Part shown: positions 37,101 to 48,560 of the stretch, in pieces
How the letters are laid out: every line of letters begins with the position of its first letter
How positions within the stretch are numbered: position 1 is the first letter of the stretch
The notes under the pieces: generated by a model
Databases searched by the model: none
What the model saw: only the letters and a program-made list of their open reading frames with translations
What the model was told of the DNA's origin: nothing
NCBI RefSeq assembly: GCF_004010195.1
Contig: NC_057751.1
Span: 1,527,167 to 1,591,166 of the forward strand
Length of the DNA: 64,000 nucleotides
Origin: Chiloscyllium plagiosum
Lineage: Eukaryota
Reading direction: 5' to 3'
Position numbers and translations under genes: made by a program

Positions 37101-40100
37101 ACTACATGGCAAAAAGTAGAACAAGTTCTTGACTTCTCTGCTTGGAAAAAAAAAATCTGTTAGCAGCTTCTTTAGGCAAGACCTTGACAGCATTCATTGT
37201 GAACCTGGTTGAAGAACTGGATAATGTAAAATCAAATGTCACTTGGAAGCAGAAAGCATTTCAAGCTGCAATTTTTCACAATGTGAGTTACATGTCTCAC
37301 AGTCATTACTCAGCTGGAGTATGTATAAGTGCAATCTCCACAACCAGGTAGAGAGAGTGGAAGGAGTAAAAGGCAATCCGAGACTCACCGGCAAACGAGT
37401 TCTCCATCCATGGAATCCTGTTCATCTGTACTCGCAAAGGAAACTCGGCCCCCAATCACTGCCCCTATGATGTACACTTGCCATGTCAATCGACCTGAGG
37501 GACAAATTGTGAGTTAATGACCTCATTAGTCATCAGACAGTGGATGTACGCACTGAGCCAATGAAAAATAACCCTTTCAATAAGACTCGCAACTCTCTTG
37601 AGAATCAAACAGTGAACAAGTTTTCTGAATGTACAAGGTGATGGTGGAATGAGCAAGCACTTCACAAACAGATGCCACACAGCGTCCGAGTGGCCAACCC
37701 TTACAAGTTCACTGTTATGGCTGATACAGAATTAAGTCTGTTGATAGAGCTGTTCATAGTTCAGGTAAATGTTGGCAGCGCGGAACAAGCAAAACTCATG
37801 ACAAAACAAATCAAGGTTTGCACAAGCTTTACACAAGATAATGTATAAAGATGTATTAGATAGAACAGCCAACAAAAATCACATAGGTCTTTTAATCATC
37901 AGAAACAACAAACTGTGAGGCCAAGCCTTCAGACAATTGGGCAGCTGTCTCACTCCTTTCTATTCTGCACTTACCTTCCTGCACAGCAATGTCGATGGCG
38001 CTGGCATTCGCACTCTGCAGTAACTCCTGGTACGTCTGGGCTGACTGATCAAAGAGCTGCACCAAGAGAGCACACGTCTTCTCATACTCACAGCGACCAA
38101 TGGTGGACAGTTGATCCAGCTGCTGCTGAACTAGACCTGTGTCATCAAGAGGGTCTTCCAAACCATCCCTAGAGATAACAAACACCTGCTTCAAGTCTAG
38201 CTCCACACATTCCACGTTCTTGTTATGAAATGTTATCAAAGCACATCATTCCCGAATCAGGCTCAAATTTAAACGCTGCTGGTTGCTTCTTTACACAGTG
38301 CTATACTTGTTTCATGATCCCAGTCTGAGCTTTGTCTCTGCAGGATCAGATTAAGTCACCATACCTCAGAATGATGTGAATCGATTCGAGCCTGGAGGTG
38401 ATGTAAGCTTTCGTGACTTCTGGCGTATATGTTTCCAACATGTGTGGTTCTGTGGCTTTGACGTAAGGTACAGAGGCAGCCAAACGCTGCCACAGACTCA
38501 GCAGGTAGTGTACACTGTTTGGGGCAAACTCCCAGTGCTGCAGGCAAAATGGAACAAACAACACATCAACTTCATCGTTACTGAAAGATGACATTAACTG
38601 CTGCTTACACATCTATTTGGGAGGATGAACTATACTTCCAAAAACCAAGGATAAGCATGTTGGAAAATCAGTCTGATAACCAGGCCAAACAAAAAGCTTC
38701 ATAAAGAGCAAACAAAAGACAGATTTAGCCAAATGCTGCATCTCAAACAAAACTTCCCAGACGGTTAATGTGAATTTTATTCACTTCAGCTTTTCCAGCA
38801 GCTTCTTCACTTGTCACTGTTCCATTCTGAATGCTGCATCTTTTCTGTAGCGTCACTGTAGACTGGAGCTGTAAAATCTGACATCACGCCTGCACCATAT
38901 CACAGATCCAAAAACGGTGCCAATAGCAGACACATCTGGGCCATGTAGCCGGGAGCAGACCTGTTTCCAGCCAAAAGTGCTCCAGACTGCAAGAAAAAAG
39001 GTTCTGCAAGTCCTAGTCAGCAGCGCCCCCATTCTCCGCCCCCATTCTCCCCCCCCCAAATAAGAACAAGCCAGGATCCCACTCTAGTCAAGCCTGTTTC
39101 TAGTGTCAATCACCTGCTCTTAGGCCAAAGAACAGAAGATTCTTTGATTCCTACCTGAAGACTGGTTACTGTGAAATTAGCGACCAGCCGGATGACTTCA
39201 GGATAGTTTTCCACTTTCACCAGTTCTCCGAGCTGGTAGTTACTCTTTAACCGAGCTAATAATCGACAGAACTCATGATAGTTGTTCGGATCAGACAGGC
39301 CCTGCAAAAGGAATGTTTGTTTATCATGTTTCTGACAGAACAAGCTGAAAACATCAGGAAGACATGACGTTTGAATGGGTTGGTAAAAGCTCACCCACAT
39401 GTATTAAGGTTGAAAAGAGTTAAGCCAGAATTGGCATTGGTGTGGCAGAACAGAGTAAAACTACCCAGGAGCACGTGCGTTGAAATCACGAGACGCTGAC
39501 TGTGTGTACACTCCAGCAGCAGATCCTATCTCCTGACAGTTCTGGTCATGTCTTGTTTGTCTTCGCTCCTGCCCTGGGACCTGCTGTCATACTTTGTCCT
39601 GTTCGTCCCCACCCTGTCACGGTGGCTGCTGCCCCTTCACAACCTCTCAGTGACACCCATCCCTCCAACTCCACTTACATCCACCCAGTTACTGCTGCCT
39701 CCACTTCACCCTCGCCAGCCTGCATCAAATGGCCAACATATTGACACGGTCTTTCTCGCACGTCATGGCCACAAATCCTGTTTGCTTTGGCAATATTGAG
39801 GACCTTTTCATTCACATTGTGCTTTGTCTATGGAATTTTAAACAGGTGCCTGACATCCACTTTTCAACAGCTTCCACTTCTATTAGGACCATTGTTATTG
39901 GACTGCAGGCTTAAAAATGAAATAAACAAAAGGTTTTAAATCAAGGGACTATAGCAGATGCTGGTGCAGTTTTAAATTTTAAAAAAATTCCATCTACAAC
40001 ATTGCTTCATTCAAACAGTGGGAGATGAGAGAGGGAGCGTGACAGAGCACAAGACAGAGCGAGAGAACGGCTGCATGTTCGTTCCTAAGTACTCAGCAGA

Positions 40101-43100
40101 GTGACGAACCGTTCAGTGGTTCCTGGGTGAACAGCTACGGTTGTGACTGGACAATACATCCACCTATGAAGGAGCAAATGCTTCTTTCTCTTGTCTTTAT
40201 AAGGGAGATAGTAAAAGGAACTCTCTCTGTCCCTGAAAATTCCCTCATGAAAGGAAAGCAAGACAAGCCATGTTTTCAGTCACTGAACCAAAGTAGCAGT
40301 GAATGAAAGGATCAGAATCAGAGTGACCACAACCTTCTGTCCTCCGAACAGGATCAAAAAGGATCAGATAGGAACTAAGGAAACTTGACACCTATCATCC
40401 ACACTGGTGCTAGAACTGTGCTTCAGTGACTTGTCTTCCCTATTCTTTCCCACCTCTCATATTTATGTCTTCCTTGTCTCTGTGTCGATGTGTATGTACG
40501 ACATTATGTTTTAAATAAAAAGGGTACTGTTGAAGTAGTAGAGAATTGTAATCATTTATGTGTCTTCTTTGCTATCGGTTGTTTTCTTATTGAGTACAAA
40601 AAACTGTTGAGTGTTTTCTATTAATCTGGGTTTCTGAGTCAGCTAAATTGAAGAACCTGGCACAACAGTAAGCCATTCAGCCCTCTGACCCTGTCCCACC
40701 ATTCAATGAGATCATGGCTGTGGTCTTGCTTTCAAATCCCTTAATACATTTGCTTAACCAACATTTTTCTATCTCAGATATAAAATTAGCAACTGATCCA
40801 CTATCTGCTGCTGTTTGTGGAAGAGAGTTCCAAATATCCCTCATCCTTTGTGTGTAGAAGTGCTTCCTAACATCTCTCCTGAACTGGCTGGCCCTCGTTC
40901 TCAGACTCGTCCCCCTAGTTCGAGAATTGCTAACCAGTAGCATTAGTTTATCTTTATCTACTCTGTCTTTACTACTAATATTTTCAACACTTTGATCAGA
41001 TCACCCCTTAGTTTTCAAAATTCTAGAAAAAAAACGGATGTAATTTATTTAGTCTCTCCTCAGAACTTAATCCCTCAAGTCCAGATAACAGTCTGGACTT
41101 TGGATCGTTGGATAAGTCTTTAGTGGGGTTTGATGGCCAGCACACTACCCATGTCCAACAGGTTTTCTGAGGCATACAGCAAATCAGGCATCTACTCCAG
41201 AGATAAACTACAAAGACTGAGACCAGACAAGTTCACCAAGTCTGGACTCCTACTACAAAGACTGCGCCCAAATGGTTATGACCTTGCAGGTCCTGGGGAA
41301 ACGCTGACTCCACAATCCCACCAGACCAGTCCTTCACGAGATCTTGCTTCCTGAAGGCCCCTGATAGCTGCCAAGTGCATTGAAACATCAGTCACAGAAC
41401 AACATAATGAATTAACCAACCCTGCTTTCACTATTTGAAAGCTTCACCAAAATAATCAAGGAAAAGCAAATAATATGCAGCAGGCAAACACAAAGGCCAA
41501 AACAGTATTGAAGAAAAGAAAACCTGAGAAGAAACAGGAAATGAGATGTGCGCATACCCAACATCCTCACATAGAATGGAAGAATATTAAACACATTCAG
41601 ATTTGTCTTCAAATACGATTAAAAATTTCCCATCGGAGATGAGGACAGTTTGGCTAACTGAGAATGGTTGGGGACTTTGAGCTAAGATATGTTGGTGAGA
41701 TCAGTATACAGTTCAGCTGCTGTTTCATTCAATGAAATAGAATAGACTTGAGGTGCAGAATGGGCAACGCAAGGTCCGGATTTTTATTTGAAAAGGCAGA
41801 TACTTGATTGCCAAGAAACACAGGCGAGAACAACAACAAACAGAATCGGGGTGAATATTACCAGTACGGGGGCATTTGCAGTGCTTGTGGTAACAGAATG
41901 GAGTTTGAGCTGCAATGAGTAAGAACACAGGTCTACCCAGAGGCCAGTTCAGACCCTGTATGGCTCATTCAGGGCCCTGCTTCCCCCCTGCCCGCCCCAC
42001 CACTGTAGGGATTTCATCAGTGCCAAGCTATCATTCTGCACTTTGGACACTTGGATAGTGGGAAGGAGGAGGCAATCTTGGCTCTTTGAAAGATGGGAGC
42101 CCCATTGCCAAATGAAGAAGCTGCCTGAGCCCACAGATCTAAGCAGGGCTCCCATGGAATGCCCTCAGCTTCCCAGCCTGTCTTTATGGGCACTATTGCC
42201 ACAACAAAATGCAGCCATGGAAACAAGCCACTCAAGACCAACATGATTCATGAATGAACAACACAAAGGAGAAAAGGCTCCGTATATAAAGGCATGTGTT
42301 CCTTTTCCGGCAAGAATGGTGTGAGTTAGATGACTACCTGGAGCTACCTACAGCTGCATAGGTATGTAACACTGCTCTCGAAACAGCATCCAAGTGTTTC
42401 CAACCTTTTCACAAAGACACTAGCCTGATCACACCCAAAAGGGGGAAGATTCCATCAAGAGTCCTCCTGATAACTTTGCTCAATCAACTGTTTTACAAAG
42501 TGTCACTTGACCATCTCTTACCTGTGGATTTTCTAATATCCTCTTCACTCCATCCACTAAGTGCGAAAGAAACTTGGCTCTTTCTGCATTGTTAAATAGC
42601 GATCTCCGGACGGAAGCAATTTGTACTAAACAAGACAACACCTGGAGGGAGGAACAAACAATGGTCAGGAATGAAGCCAGACACAATGTGGAGACAATGT
42701 CAGCAGAAGTGACAATAGTCCTCGTCATCAAAGGCTCATTTGATAACATGGGTACAGACTGACAAACAGCGACCTGAAAATTGCCCTCCAAGCAACTCAC
42801 CATCCTGACTTGGAAATACATCATTGTTTCCTCAACGTTGTTGGGTCAAACTCTGGGAACACCCTCCTAATTTGTGGATCTACCTGCAGCACATTGGATG
42901 CAGTGGTTCAATAAGGTAATTCACCACCACGTTCTCCAGACTAACTAGGGACAGGGAATAAATGCCAGCCCAGTCTGTGACACCAGCATCCGATGAATGA
43001 ACAGAGGGAAAAAAACAAGTTAGAGATGTTATTAACATTATGAGCAGAAGGAAGATATTCAAATTGAAAGGTCAACAACTGGAAGACACTGGTTTTAAAT

Positions 43101-46100
43101 AATTGACAGAAAATCCAGGGCATAATTTGGAAAACTTACTCCCACAGACTGAGTTGTCTTAATGTGGACCATGCTCCTGAAAGGAGCAGATTAAGAGGAA
43201 TAAGAATGAGTGAGGAATCTATCAATGCTGAATGGAAAGGATATAAGAAACAATACAGAGTGGAACTAACTGGTAAGCACTTTCAAACAACAAACCATGG
43301 CACAGTGGGCTGGATGCTCTCCCTCTGAGCTGTGAGACTGCATGTGATTTTAACTTTACAAGCATGCTCCATGCCCAGGGCAGGGATGAGGACTCTCTCA
43401 CATGAGCCTTGTGTTGCAGCAATCCTTTGGCAGCATCACCTCCAAGAGGCCAGTCATCAAAGTCATTTCACTGCAGGATCACAGACTCTTAAAGACCATG
43501 ATCACCACATTCCACCTGCTGTGGCTTGACCCACAGTGCCCTCAAGCAGGCAATTCCAGAATTCTGACCCAGCAACAGTGAAGGAACAGCGAGAAAGTTC
43601 CAAGTCAGGATGGGTGAAGGGCTTGGAGAGGAACCTGCAGGGGGTGGTGCTCCCATGTATCCGCTGCCCTTGTCTTTAAGATGGAAGTGCTCGTACATTT
43701 GGAAGATGCTGTCTTAGGAGTTTTGGTGAATTTCTGCAGTACATCTTGTTGATGCCAAGTCATACAATGCTATAGGTTAAGCACTGGTCACAGGAGGAGT
43801 GAGAATAGTTTGGCAGTTGTTTTTCACTGGCCAGACTTGATGGGCTTCAGGACCTTTTCCCCTGTGCTGTGACCTAGAGAACGGACTGACCATCAAGGGA
43901 TAGAACTAGATTTATTAGTTAGTCCTTGAATGAGTGTTGACCAGCATTTATCAAAACAGCACACTGTCCATGTATTGTCTTGGGAAGGAAGCAGCTATCT
44001 GATTGTGGAATGCTTTTACCAAACTGTGCTGGGGAAAGCGTGGCAGGACATCAACCTAACACAAAACAAAAATGGAAGATTCTTCCTGGTTTTGAAGGAC
44101 ATCGCTCATGGTCTGCTTGGACAGAGGTGGTCAAGGTGCTCTGTTTAAGAAATGGGCTAATGTCAGCAGTAAAGACAGGAAGACAGCACTATCTCAGAAG
44201 TGGGGATGATGCAGGACAGTCAGAAAGACAAGTCAGGCAGTCAGTTGGGGAGGAAAAATAGCACGAGACAAGGATTTGGGTCTCAAAAGCAAGGTGAACC
44301 CTGCAAAGGCCAAGAGGGGAGATCAAAACTCAGGTAAAATGGGGGTTCAGGTTCAGCTTGACTAAGAGAAGTTGGGCAAGCAATAAAGACAGGTGAACAA
44401 ATGATCTTGGTCTCGAGTCTCAATCTTGGTAAAGAATTCTGTAAGGCACTTCTTGGTGGTGATGAGGATACATGTCGGAAAGGGAATTACATTCAAGGTT
44501 ATTCGGGAAGAAAATACCACAGAATGCTCGGAAATAGGAACATCAAGACTGTACCATTGTTCCATGAGATCATGCTGATCTAACCTTAATTCTATTTTCT
44601 TTCTGTCCCCATAATCCTCAATCATTTGGTGGATCAAGTATCTATCTGACTTAGCCTCTGCTGTATTCTGGAAAAGATGATGTCAAAGATGTATGGCCTT
44701 TTGAGAGAACAGATCCTCATTTCCATTTTAACCGTTTGCTCTTCAGAATAGCAAGTATGCATCATAACCTTTGTAAGCCACGTGGGAGCAAAGCAGCAGC
44801 TAAAACAAAAGCAGTGCAGATGCTAAGACAGAGATAACCAGCTCTGCTGGTAATTAGATCAAACAGATCGAACCAGCTTGACTTGTTGTAATATAAGGAA
44901 ATAGAGGAAGCCTCTATCAATCTTGCCCTGCATATTTTTTCCCTCAATTCACACAGATAAATGGCTAATCTGGCCTTTATTCATTGCATTTATTGTCACC
45001 CTCACCTCTGAGTGAGAAAGCTCTGGGTTTGAGATGACTCTAGGTCTTGCTAGACACAGAAAAACCCAGCTAGTGATATGGGCACACACACTGTCTCTGA
45101 ATATTAGTCCCGAGCTGATAAAGAGAGAGAATTAGTCGCAGGAAGGGCATCCGGCTGGAAATTTACTAATCAAAGGTGACAATGTTGGACATGAAAGATG
45201 ATCAACCAGCATTGTCATGAGTCGACATAGCACAGAACAAGAGGCAGGAGAGAGACACAGTGGTGACAGATAGGGCCCATATACTGGGTAGGTATGAAAT
45301 GTGAAAATGTGGATGAAATGGGAATTTCATCCGGCGCAGGCAATTGCAGGGTAGATTTAAAATAAATATTTGTTTAGCTGGGCAGGTCCACAAGAGAGTT
45401 TCACCTTAAAATTAGGGTGAGGTTATTGCGTTGGAAATTCACAAAGCACTTCTTCAGATAAAAAAAAATGGAAATCTGAAACAGTGCCCTCCAAGTAAAT
45501 GTTGATGGGACAGTCAACTGTATATTCCAAAACCAAAATTGATCCTTACAATGAAGGGATCTTGAACTAAGGCATGCCGAGGGAGTTAAGAGATACATCA
45601 GTAATTGAATCGTGGAAAAGGTTTCAGAGCTGACTGACCCTTTGTGTTGCTGTGCTACCTTCTAAACGACAAGAGCCTCAGCTGAGGGCATTCCAGCCCC
45701 AAACCTCCAACAATGGAGTCCTGTTTTAGACGTGATGTACTGAGTTACAAGGCTGGGGATTTGGGAAGGGGCTTCTTAATGCCAAAACAACACTGGTAGA
45801 CAAAGACCAACATAGAACATCATGACCCATCAGGAACCCCGTAATGGGATAAGAACCTGAACTTGGCTCTTGACATTCCTTGATGTAACTCAGAGTTCAG
45901 AAGGGAATCATCACCAATGGATGATACAAGGTGAGGAACATCAGGATTACAAATTAAACATTTCACCAGCTCACTCTCAGCTATGTCACACTTGGCAAAC
46001 TCCTTCACATCTCTGGACAGTGGTAAACAGAAGTACAACTCACCAGAGGAGACAGTGATGGAGGGATGGAATGGTACAAGTCGAAAAACAACTGGAGAGT

Positions 46101-46117
46101 TGATGAATCCAGGAAAG
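7106..46117 (-). CDS. XPO7: Exportin-7 (RanBP16), 5'-partial spliced CDS of 21 exons (about exons 8-28 by analogy with the human gene)
   Basis: Exons join in frame from [20 protein letters not shown] through to [30 protein letters not shown], nearly identical to recalled human XPO7, including the C-terminus that distinguishes it from RANBP17. Confidence 0.97.
8450..8577 (-). CDS. XPO7: XPO7 exon ~27, [15 protein letters not shown]...LTKNRD(R)
   Basis: cccctgcag / gtaacc, 128 nt. Confidence 0.95.
9410..10090 (+). mobile_element. 5'-truncated CR1-clade LINE (ORF2 C-terminus plus 3' UTR)
   Basis: Translates to ...[16 protein letters not shown]...FKRHLDGYM, the typical CR1 ORF2 end. Confidence 0.85.
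10333..10431 (-). CDS. XPO7: XPO7 exon ~26, [14 protein letters not shown]...LLNEK
   Basis: ctccag / gtgagg, 99 nt. Confidence 0.95.
10630..11300 (-). mobile_element. Degenerate CR1-clade LINE 3' part
   Basis: Reverse complement of CR1 ORF2-end and 3' UTR motifs. Confidence 0.65.
11394..11725 (-). mobile_element. HE1-like tRNA-derived SINE
   Basis: Reverse complement aligns by eye with the 33773 copy (tRNA-like head, V-domain-like core, tail). Confidence 0.8.
13590..15160 (+). mobile_element. Degenerate CR1-clade LINE ORF2 (RT) remnant
   Basis: [20 protein letters not shown] and similar motifs, with many frameshifts and stops. Confidence 0.85.
15158..15345. mobile_element. Palindromic PLE-derived mini-element (family C)
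   Basis: Inverted arms acaaaaatagaaattgctggaaaagctcag / ctgagcttttccagcaatttctgtttttgt; degenerate hammerhead core at 15219-15248 (-). Confidence 0.65.
15779..15939 (-). CDS. XPO7: XPO7 exon ~25, [13 protein letters not shown]...HPEMIQQ
   Basis: gttttcag / gtaaac, 161 nt. Confidence 0.95.
16578..16795. mobile_element. Palindromic PLE-derived mini-element (family A) with 15-bp TSD
   Basis: Near-perfect inverted repeat at 16611-16794; TSD ctaacatacaaaagg at 16563-16577 and 16796-16810; arm nearly identical to the PLE end at 19262-19351. Confidence 0.88.
16669..16706 (-). ncRNA. Minimal type-I hammerhead ribozyme motif
   Basis: GAAUC-CUGAAGA-A-GGGC-UUAU-GCCC-GAAA-C-GUC-GAUUC: conserved core, stem II, 5-bp stem I and palindromic stem III (ACGU). 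Confidence 0.65.
17583..17721 (-). CDS. XPO7: XPO7 exon ~24, [15 protein letters not shown]...EGLTAL(D)
   Basis: tccccccag / gtaagt, 139 nt. Confidence 0.95.
19262..20697 (-). mobile_element. Penelope-like element (RT fragment plus terminal repeat), 5'-truncated, spanning the assembly gap
   Basis: ORF 20321-20713 has PLE RT motifs ([29 protein letters not shown]); flanking direct repeat tgggattgag at 19252-19261 and 20698-20707. Confidence 0.88.
19434..20287. other. Assembly gap (854 N)
   Basis: Run of N. Confidence 1.
22594..22808 (-). CDS. XPO7: XPO7 exon ~23, [15 protein letters not shown]...PHSDLL
   Basis: cacacag / gtaagt, 215 nt. Confidence 0.95.
23270..24006. mobile_element. Possible old LTR-like repeat remnant
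   Basis: Non-coding block of distinct composition with internal AATAAA and an ...gggatcaaca end; no TSD found. Confidence 0.3.
24714..24796 (-). CDS. XPO7: XPO7 exon ~22, [13 protein letters not shown]...MITTY(G)
   Basis: tttgcag / gtcagt, 83 nt. Confidence 0.95.
25080..25187 (-). CDS. XPO7: XPO7 exon ~21, [19 protein letters not shown]...ELVHN(R)
   Basis: TTCCTTAGC branch then cccag acceptor, gtaaaa donor, 108 nt. Confidence 0.94.
25188..25979 (-). other. U12-type GT-AG intron of XPO7
   Basis: 5' end GTATCCTTT, branch-like TTCCTTAGC (25209-25201) about 13 nt before the acceptor. Confidence 0.92.
25980..26068 (-). CDS. XPO7: XPO7 exon ~20, [12 protein letters not shown]...MMLFDW(I)
   Basis: cttgcag acceptor, U12 donor GTATCCTTT, 89 nt. 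Confidence 0.94.
27430..28990 (+). mobile_element. Highly degenerate CR1-clade LINE
   Basis: Recognisable RT motif (tccaaacttgcagatgacgcaaag, SKLADDAK) and ORF2 3' motifs, with large deletions. Confidence 0.75.
28571..28764. mobile_element. Palindromic mini-element (family B) inserted in a CR1 3' end
   Basis: Inverted arms gtcagaggacacca..tttatttgaaat / atttcaaataaa..tggtgtcctctgac; flanked by repeated acttcgg. Confidence 0.7.
29144..29250 (-). CDS. XPO7: XPO7 exon ~19, [13 protein letters not shown]...NEQDAK
   Basis: cctacag / gtacaa, 107 nt. Confidence 0.95.
30236..30344 (-). CDS. XPO7: XPO7 exon ~18, [12 protein letters not shown]...LLMVDL(G)
   Basis: tgacag / gtatgc, 109 nt. Confidence 0.95.
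30690..30753 (-). CDS. XPO7: XPO7 exon ~17, [21 protein letters not shown]
   Basis: AC acceptor after a TCCTTAAC branch site, gtaagt donor, 64 nt. Confidence 0.94.
30754..31661 (-). other. U12-type AT-AC intron of XPO7
   Basis: 5' end ATATCCTTT (31661-31653), branch TCCTTAAC (30774-30767), terminal AC; splicing restores the GG|A TAC frame. Confidence 0.95.
31662..31742 (-). CDS. XPO7: XPO7 exon ~16, [26 protein letters not shown](G)
   Basis: caaccag acceptor, U12 donor ATATCCTTT, 81 nt. Confidence 0.94.
33577..33650 (-). CDS. XPO7: XPO7 exon ~15, [24 protein letters not shown](I)
   Basis: tgtgcag / gtgagt, 74 nt. Confidence 0.95.
33773..34086 (+). mobile_element. Full-length young HE1-like (V-SINE) SINE
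   Basis: A-box tggcacagtgg, B-box ggttcaattcc, CpG-rich core, (aatct)n tail. Confidence 0.9.
34087..34220 (+). mobile_element. Single-arm family-A PLE terminal fragment abutting the SINE tail
   Basis: ctgatgaagggcttttgccc..acgtcg..ccagcatctgcagtcctcacttt matches the family-A arm and tail. Confidence 0.8.
34393..34579. mobile_element. Palindromic mini-element (family B) with 12-bp TSD
   Basis: Near-perfect inverted repeat at 34393-34541; TSD caaatttctgaa at 34381-34392 and 34580-34591. Confidence 0.88.
36040..36360 (-). mobile_element. CR1-clade LINE 3' end
   Basis: ORF ...[28 protein letters not shown]. Confidence 0.85.
36611..36746 (-). CDS. XPO7: XPO7 exon ~14, [12 protein letters not shown]...QVQKSSK
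   Basis: cttttcag / gtaaca, 136 nt. Confidence 0.95.
37389..37494 (-). CDS. XPO7: XPO7 exon ~13, [34 protein letters not shown](R)
   Basis: ccctcag / gtgagt, 106 nt. Confidence 0.95.
37975..38168 (-). CDS. XPO7: XPO7 exon ~12, [11 protein letters not shown]...DIAVQE(G)
   Basis: tctctag / gtaagt, 194 nt. Confidence 0.95.
38365..38537 (-). CDS. XPO7: XPO7 exon ~11, HWEFAPNSV...ESIHIIL(R)
   Basis: gcctgcag / gtatgg, 173 nt. Confidence 0.95.
39155..39301 (-). CDS. XPO7: XPO7 exon ~10, [11 protein letters not shown]...FTVTSLQ
   Basis: ttttgcag / gtagga, 147 nt. Confidence 0.95.
40670..41090 (-). mobile_element. CR1-clade LINE 3' end
   Basis: [31 protein letters not shown]. Confidence 0.85.
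42522..42641 (-). CDS. XPO7: XPO7 exon ~9, [13 protein letters not shown]...RILENPQ
   Basis: ccctccag / gtaaga, 120 nt. Confidence 0.95.
42760..43000 (+). mobile_element. 3' fragment of another LINE/SINE family with a (ggg)aataaatgc tail
   Basis: Same motif family recurs near 1690-2000 (-), 11870, 24250-24540, 43500-43760 (-), 52095-52550 and 55100-55260. Confidence 0.55.
46044..46117 (-). CDS. XPO7: XPO7 exon ~8, (A)[24 protein letters not shown]
   Basis: tttcgacag acceptor, gtgagt donor, 74 nt. Confidence 0.94.
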
Positions 46118-47929
46118 CTGTCGAAACAAAAGAGTGGAGAGTTTAAGTTGGCAGACATAAAACAGTGGAAGAAGAGCAGGAAATCTACACCACAATGGGG
46201 CAGAGTGGAACAAACTTGTTCAATATCACAGCTTACAAGAGCCGCCAACTGGCAAGCTCGAGGGCTGCAACAGACAATTCATACCCACTTCATCAATGAA
46301 CCATCCCATGCACAAAGGAGGATTCTATAAAGAAGGCTTTACAGTGCTACAGTGAAACACGCGACTTCACCTTCACTAACAGCAGCAGACAAGGTGATTT
46401 CATTCCTAACATGGACAGATGACGCATTTTCAAACAAATTTCTCTGCTTAATCTCCGAACCTGCCTGGAAGCAGGTTGTTATTTAACACTTCCATCTTTA
46501 TTTTGAAACAGGGTAAAGGTGTATTTCTCATACTCCCACAATACCACTGTAAAGTTTAACCAGGAATAGGGTTTATTTCACATCCTCAGGTGCATGGGAA
46601 ATCTCACAGAACAAGCAGTTTGATGAGGAAAAATAGAATTGGAAGAGACAATGGGATAGTAACAACTTGAAGACAAAACAAATGACGGATGGAAGGTCAG
46701 CAATGCCTTTGCTCTTTCAAGTGAGGTTTGAAAGCCAAAGCTGGGATTCGCAGTCTGGAAGCTTTTGTTAGGGTTCTGGGTCACTGCCAAGCCAGCAGCT
46801 CAGGAGCTGGACACAGTTTCCTTTCTTTAAACCAACTGTTGCCTCACCGTTCGGAGGAGGAAACGTGTATTGCCAGAGTGCACCAAGACAGGTTACTATT
46901 TTCTTGTGCAAGCCAGAGGCTTTTCCTTTTCAAGCCCAGACTCAGGACTGTTGATCTTGTCAATTAACATGGTATGGGAACAACACTGTCCATTCATCTG
47001 TCTGCTACTATCAAACTGTCTGGCTCGAAACGTAAATAATAACAACACAGATGAACTGGTGGAAATCGGAAAGAAAAATGGAAAAATATGTCATTTCTTA
47101 CAGAATCAAAGGTGTTGTGTTCAAGACTCAATCTGGACAGAAGCATCTCAGCAAAACTTCTTCAACATCTCCAAATTCCCCTCACCACATCACTCACCAT
47201 GCTCCCTCACAACTCTATTCCTGTATCTTCAATGCCTTCCTGTCCAAATATTGTAACTCTCTGCTAGGTCTGTCAATGCCTTCACACTCCCTCACATTTG
47301 GCTACAGCTGCAGCACATGAACTGCAGTGGTTCACAAAGGTCCTGGTCAGGGTGGGAAATAAATGGCAGCACGGCCGGCAATCACCAGGTGCTGAGAAAA
47401 TATACAACTCAACTGCTTTTTGTGTGAGCTTTGTTTCTTCAAAAGATCACTTGGACTGAAGGATTGGATTCACATCTCTGAAACCAAAGCAGAAACTCCA
47501 AGCTGTCAGTCCCATTGCAGTATTGGGGAGTGCCACACAGCCTGGGATACTGTTTCCTGGATGAGAAATGCAAGTCAGTCTTCATCTAGCCTCCCAGATG
47601 AATATAAAAGATCCCATGGCCCGAGTTGAATTAGCGGGGATCATTATCTCTGGTCATTATGGCACCCTCAGTCAACATTTCCAGTCAGGTGAACTGAGGG
47701 GGATTTACTTTGTTTCCTGCACTTACTGTGGGCGCAATGGCTACTGGGTTTGCCTACATGATAATGCTCACTGTGGTTTAAAATAATTCACTGACTGTAA
47801 ATTATAGGAGATATTTTTGACTGTGGTAAGACACTGAGTCGTTCAAGTCCCATTTTAATTCTTTTCATTTGGATTTTCTGGTAGCTAAGTTTGAAACAAA
47901 GACAGAGAAGGGGAGAGTGTGGTTAATCC

Positions 47930-48440
47930 AGTACAGGTTTTATTAACTGGAGCACAGGATGACAGCAGCAGAAAGTGATGCTGAATTTGTATAATCAATT
48001 AGTTACACCTCAGTTGGATGATTGCTTACAGTTCTGAGTGTCACACCTTTCAGAAGGGAGTGAACACCATCTAAAGACAGGAGAAGAGGTTTGTATAAGT
48101 GGTTCCAGGGATGAAAAAGTTCAGTTAAGAAAAGCAGTTGGTGAAGTTAGTTGCATTTTCCTTGGAGAATTCCCTGCTCATAAATGGAAGAAGAATGAGA
48201 GGGGACAGACTGAACCGATTTGCCAAAGATGACAGTGAGAAGTGAATGGCTTGGACCTGGAACACACTGGCTGGAGTTGCGGTGCAGGTAAGTTCAATCA
48301 AGTCACACAAGAAGACATTAGATAATTAGTTAAATAGAAATAATATGCAGGTTTAAGGGGAAAGGGCAACAGAGTGGCACTAAGTCATGATGCTGATTTG
48401 GAAAATGCAGATATGGCTGCTTTCTATGCCATCATAATTC
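47930..48440 (+). mobile_element. Degenerate CR1-clade LINE 3' end
   Basis: Remnants of CR1 ORF2 C-terminal and 3' UTR motifs. Confidence 0.55.
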
Positions 48441-48560
48441 TTGTGAAACAAAATGAACCAAATATTTGACTGAAGGGTATAAGATTCTACAAAGTACCAA
48501 GTATCATAAACAAGACAAAATAAACTGATTGGAAACCAAAGGAGAAAATGGGATAGCTGT

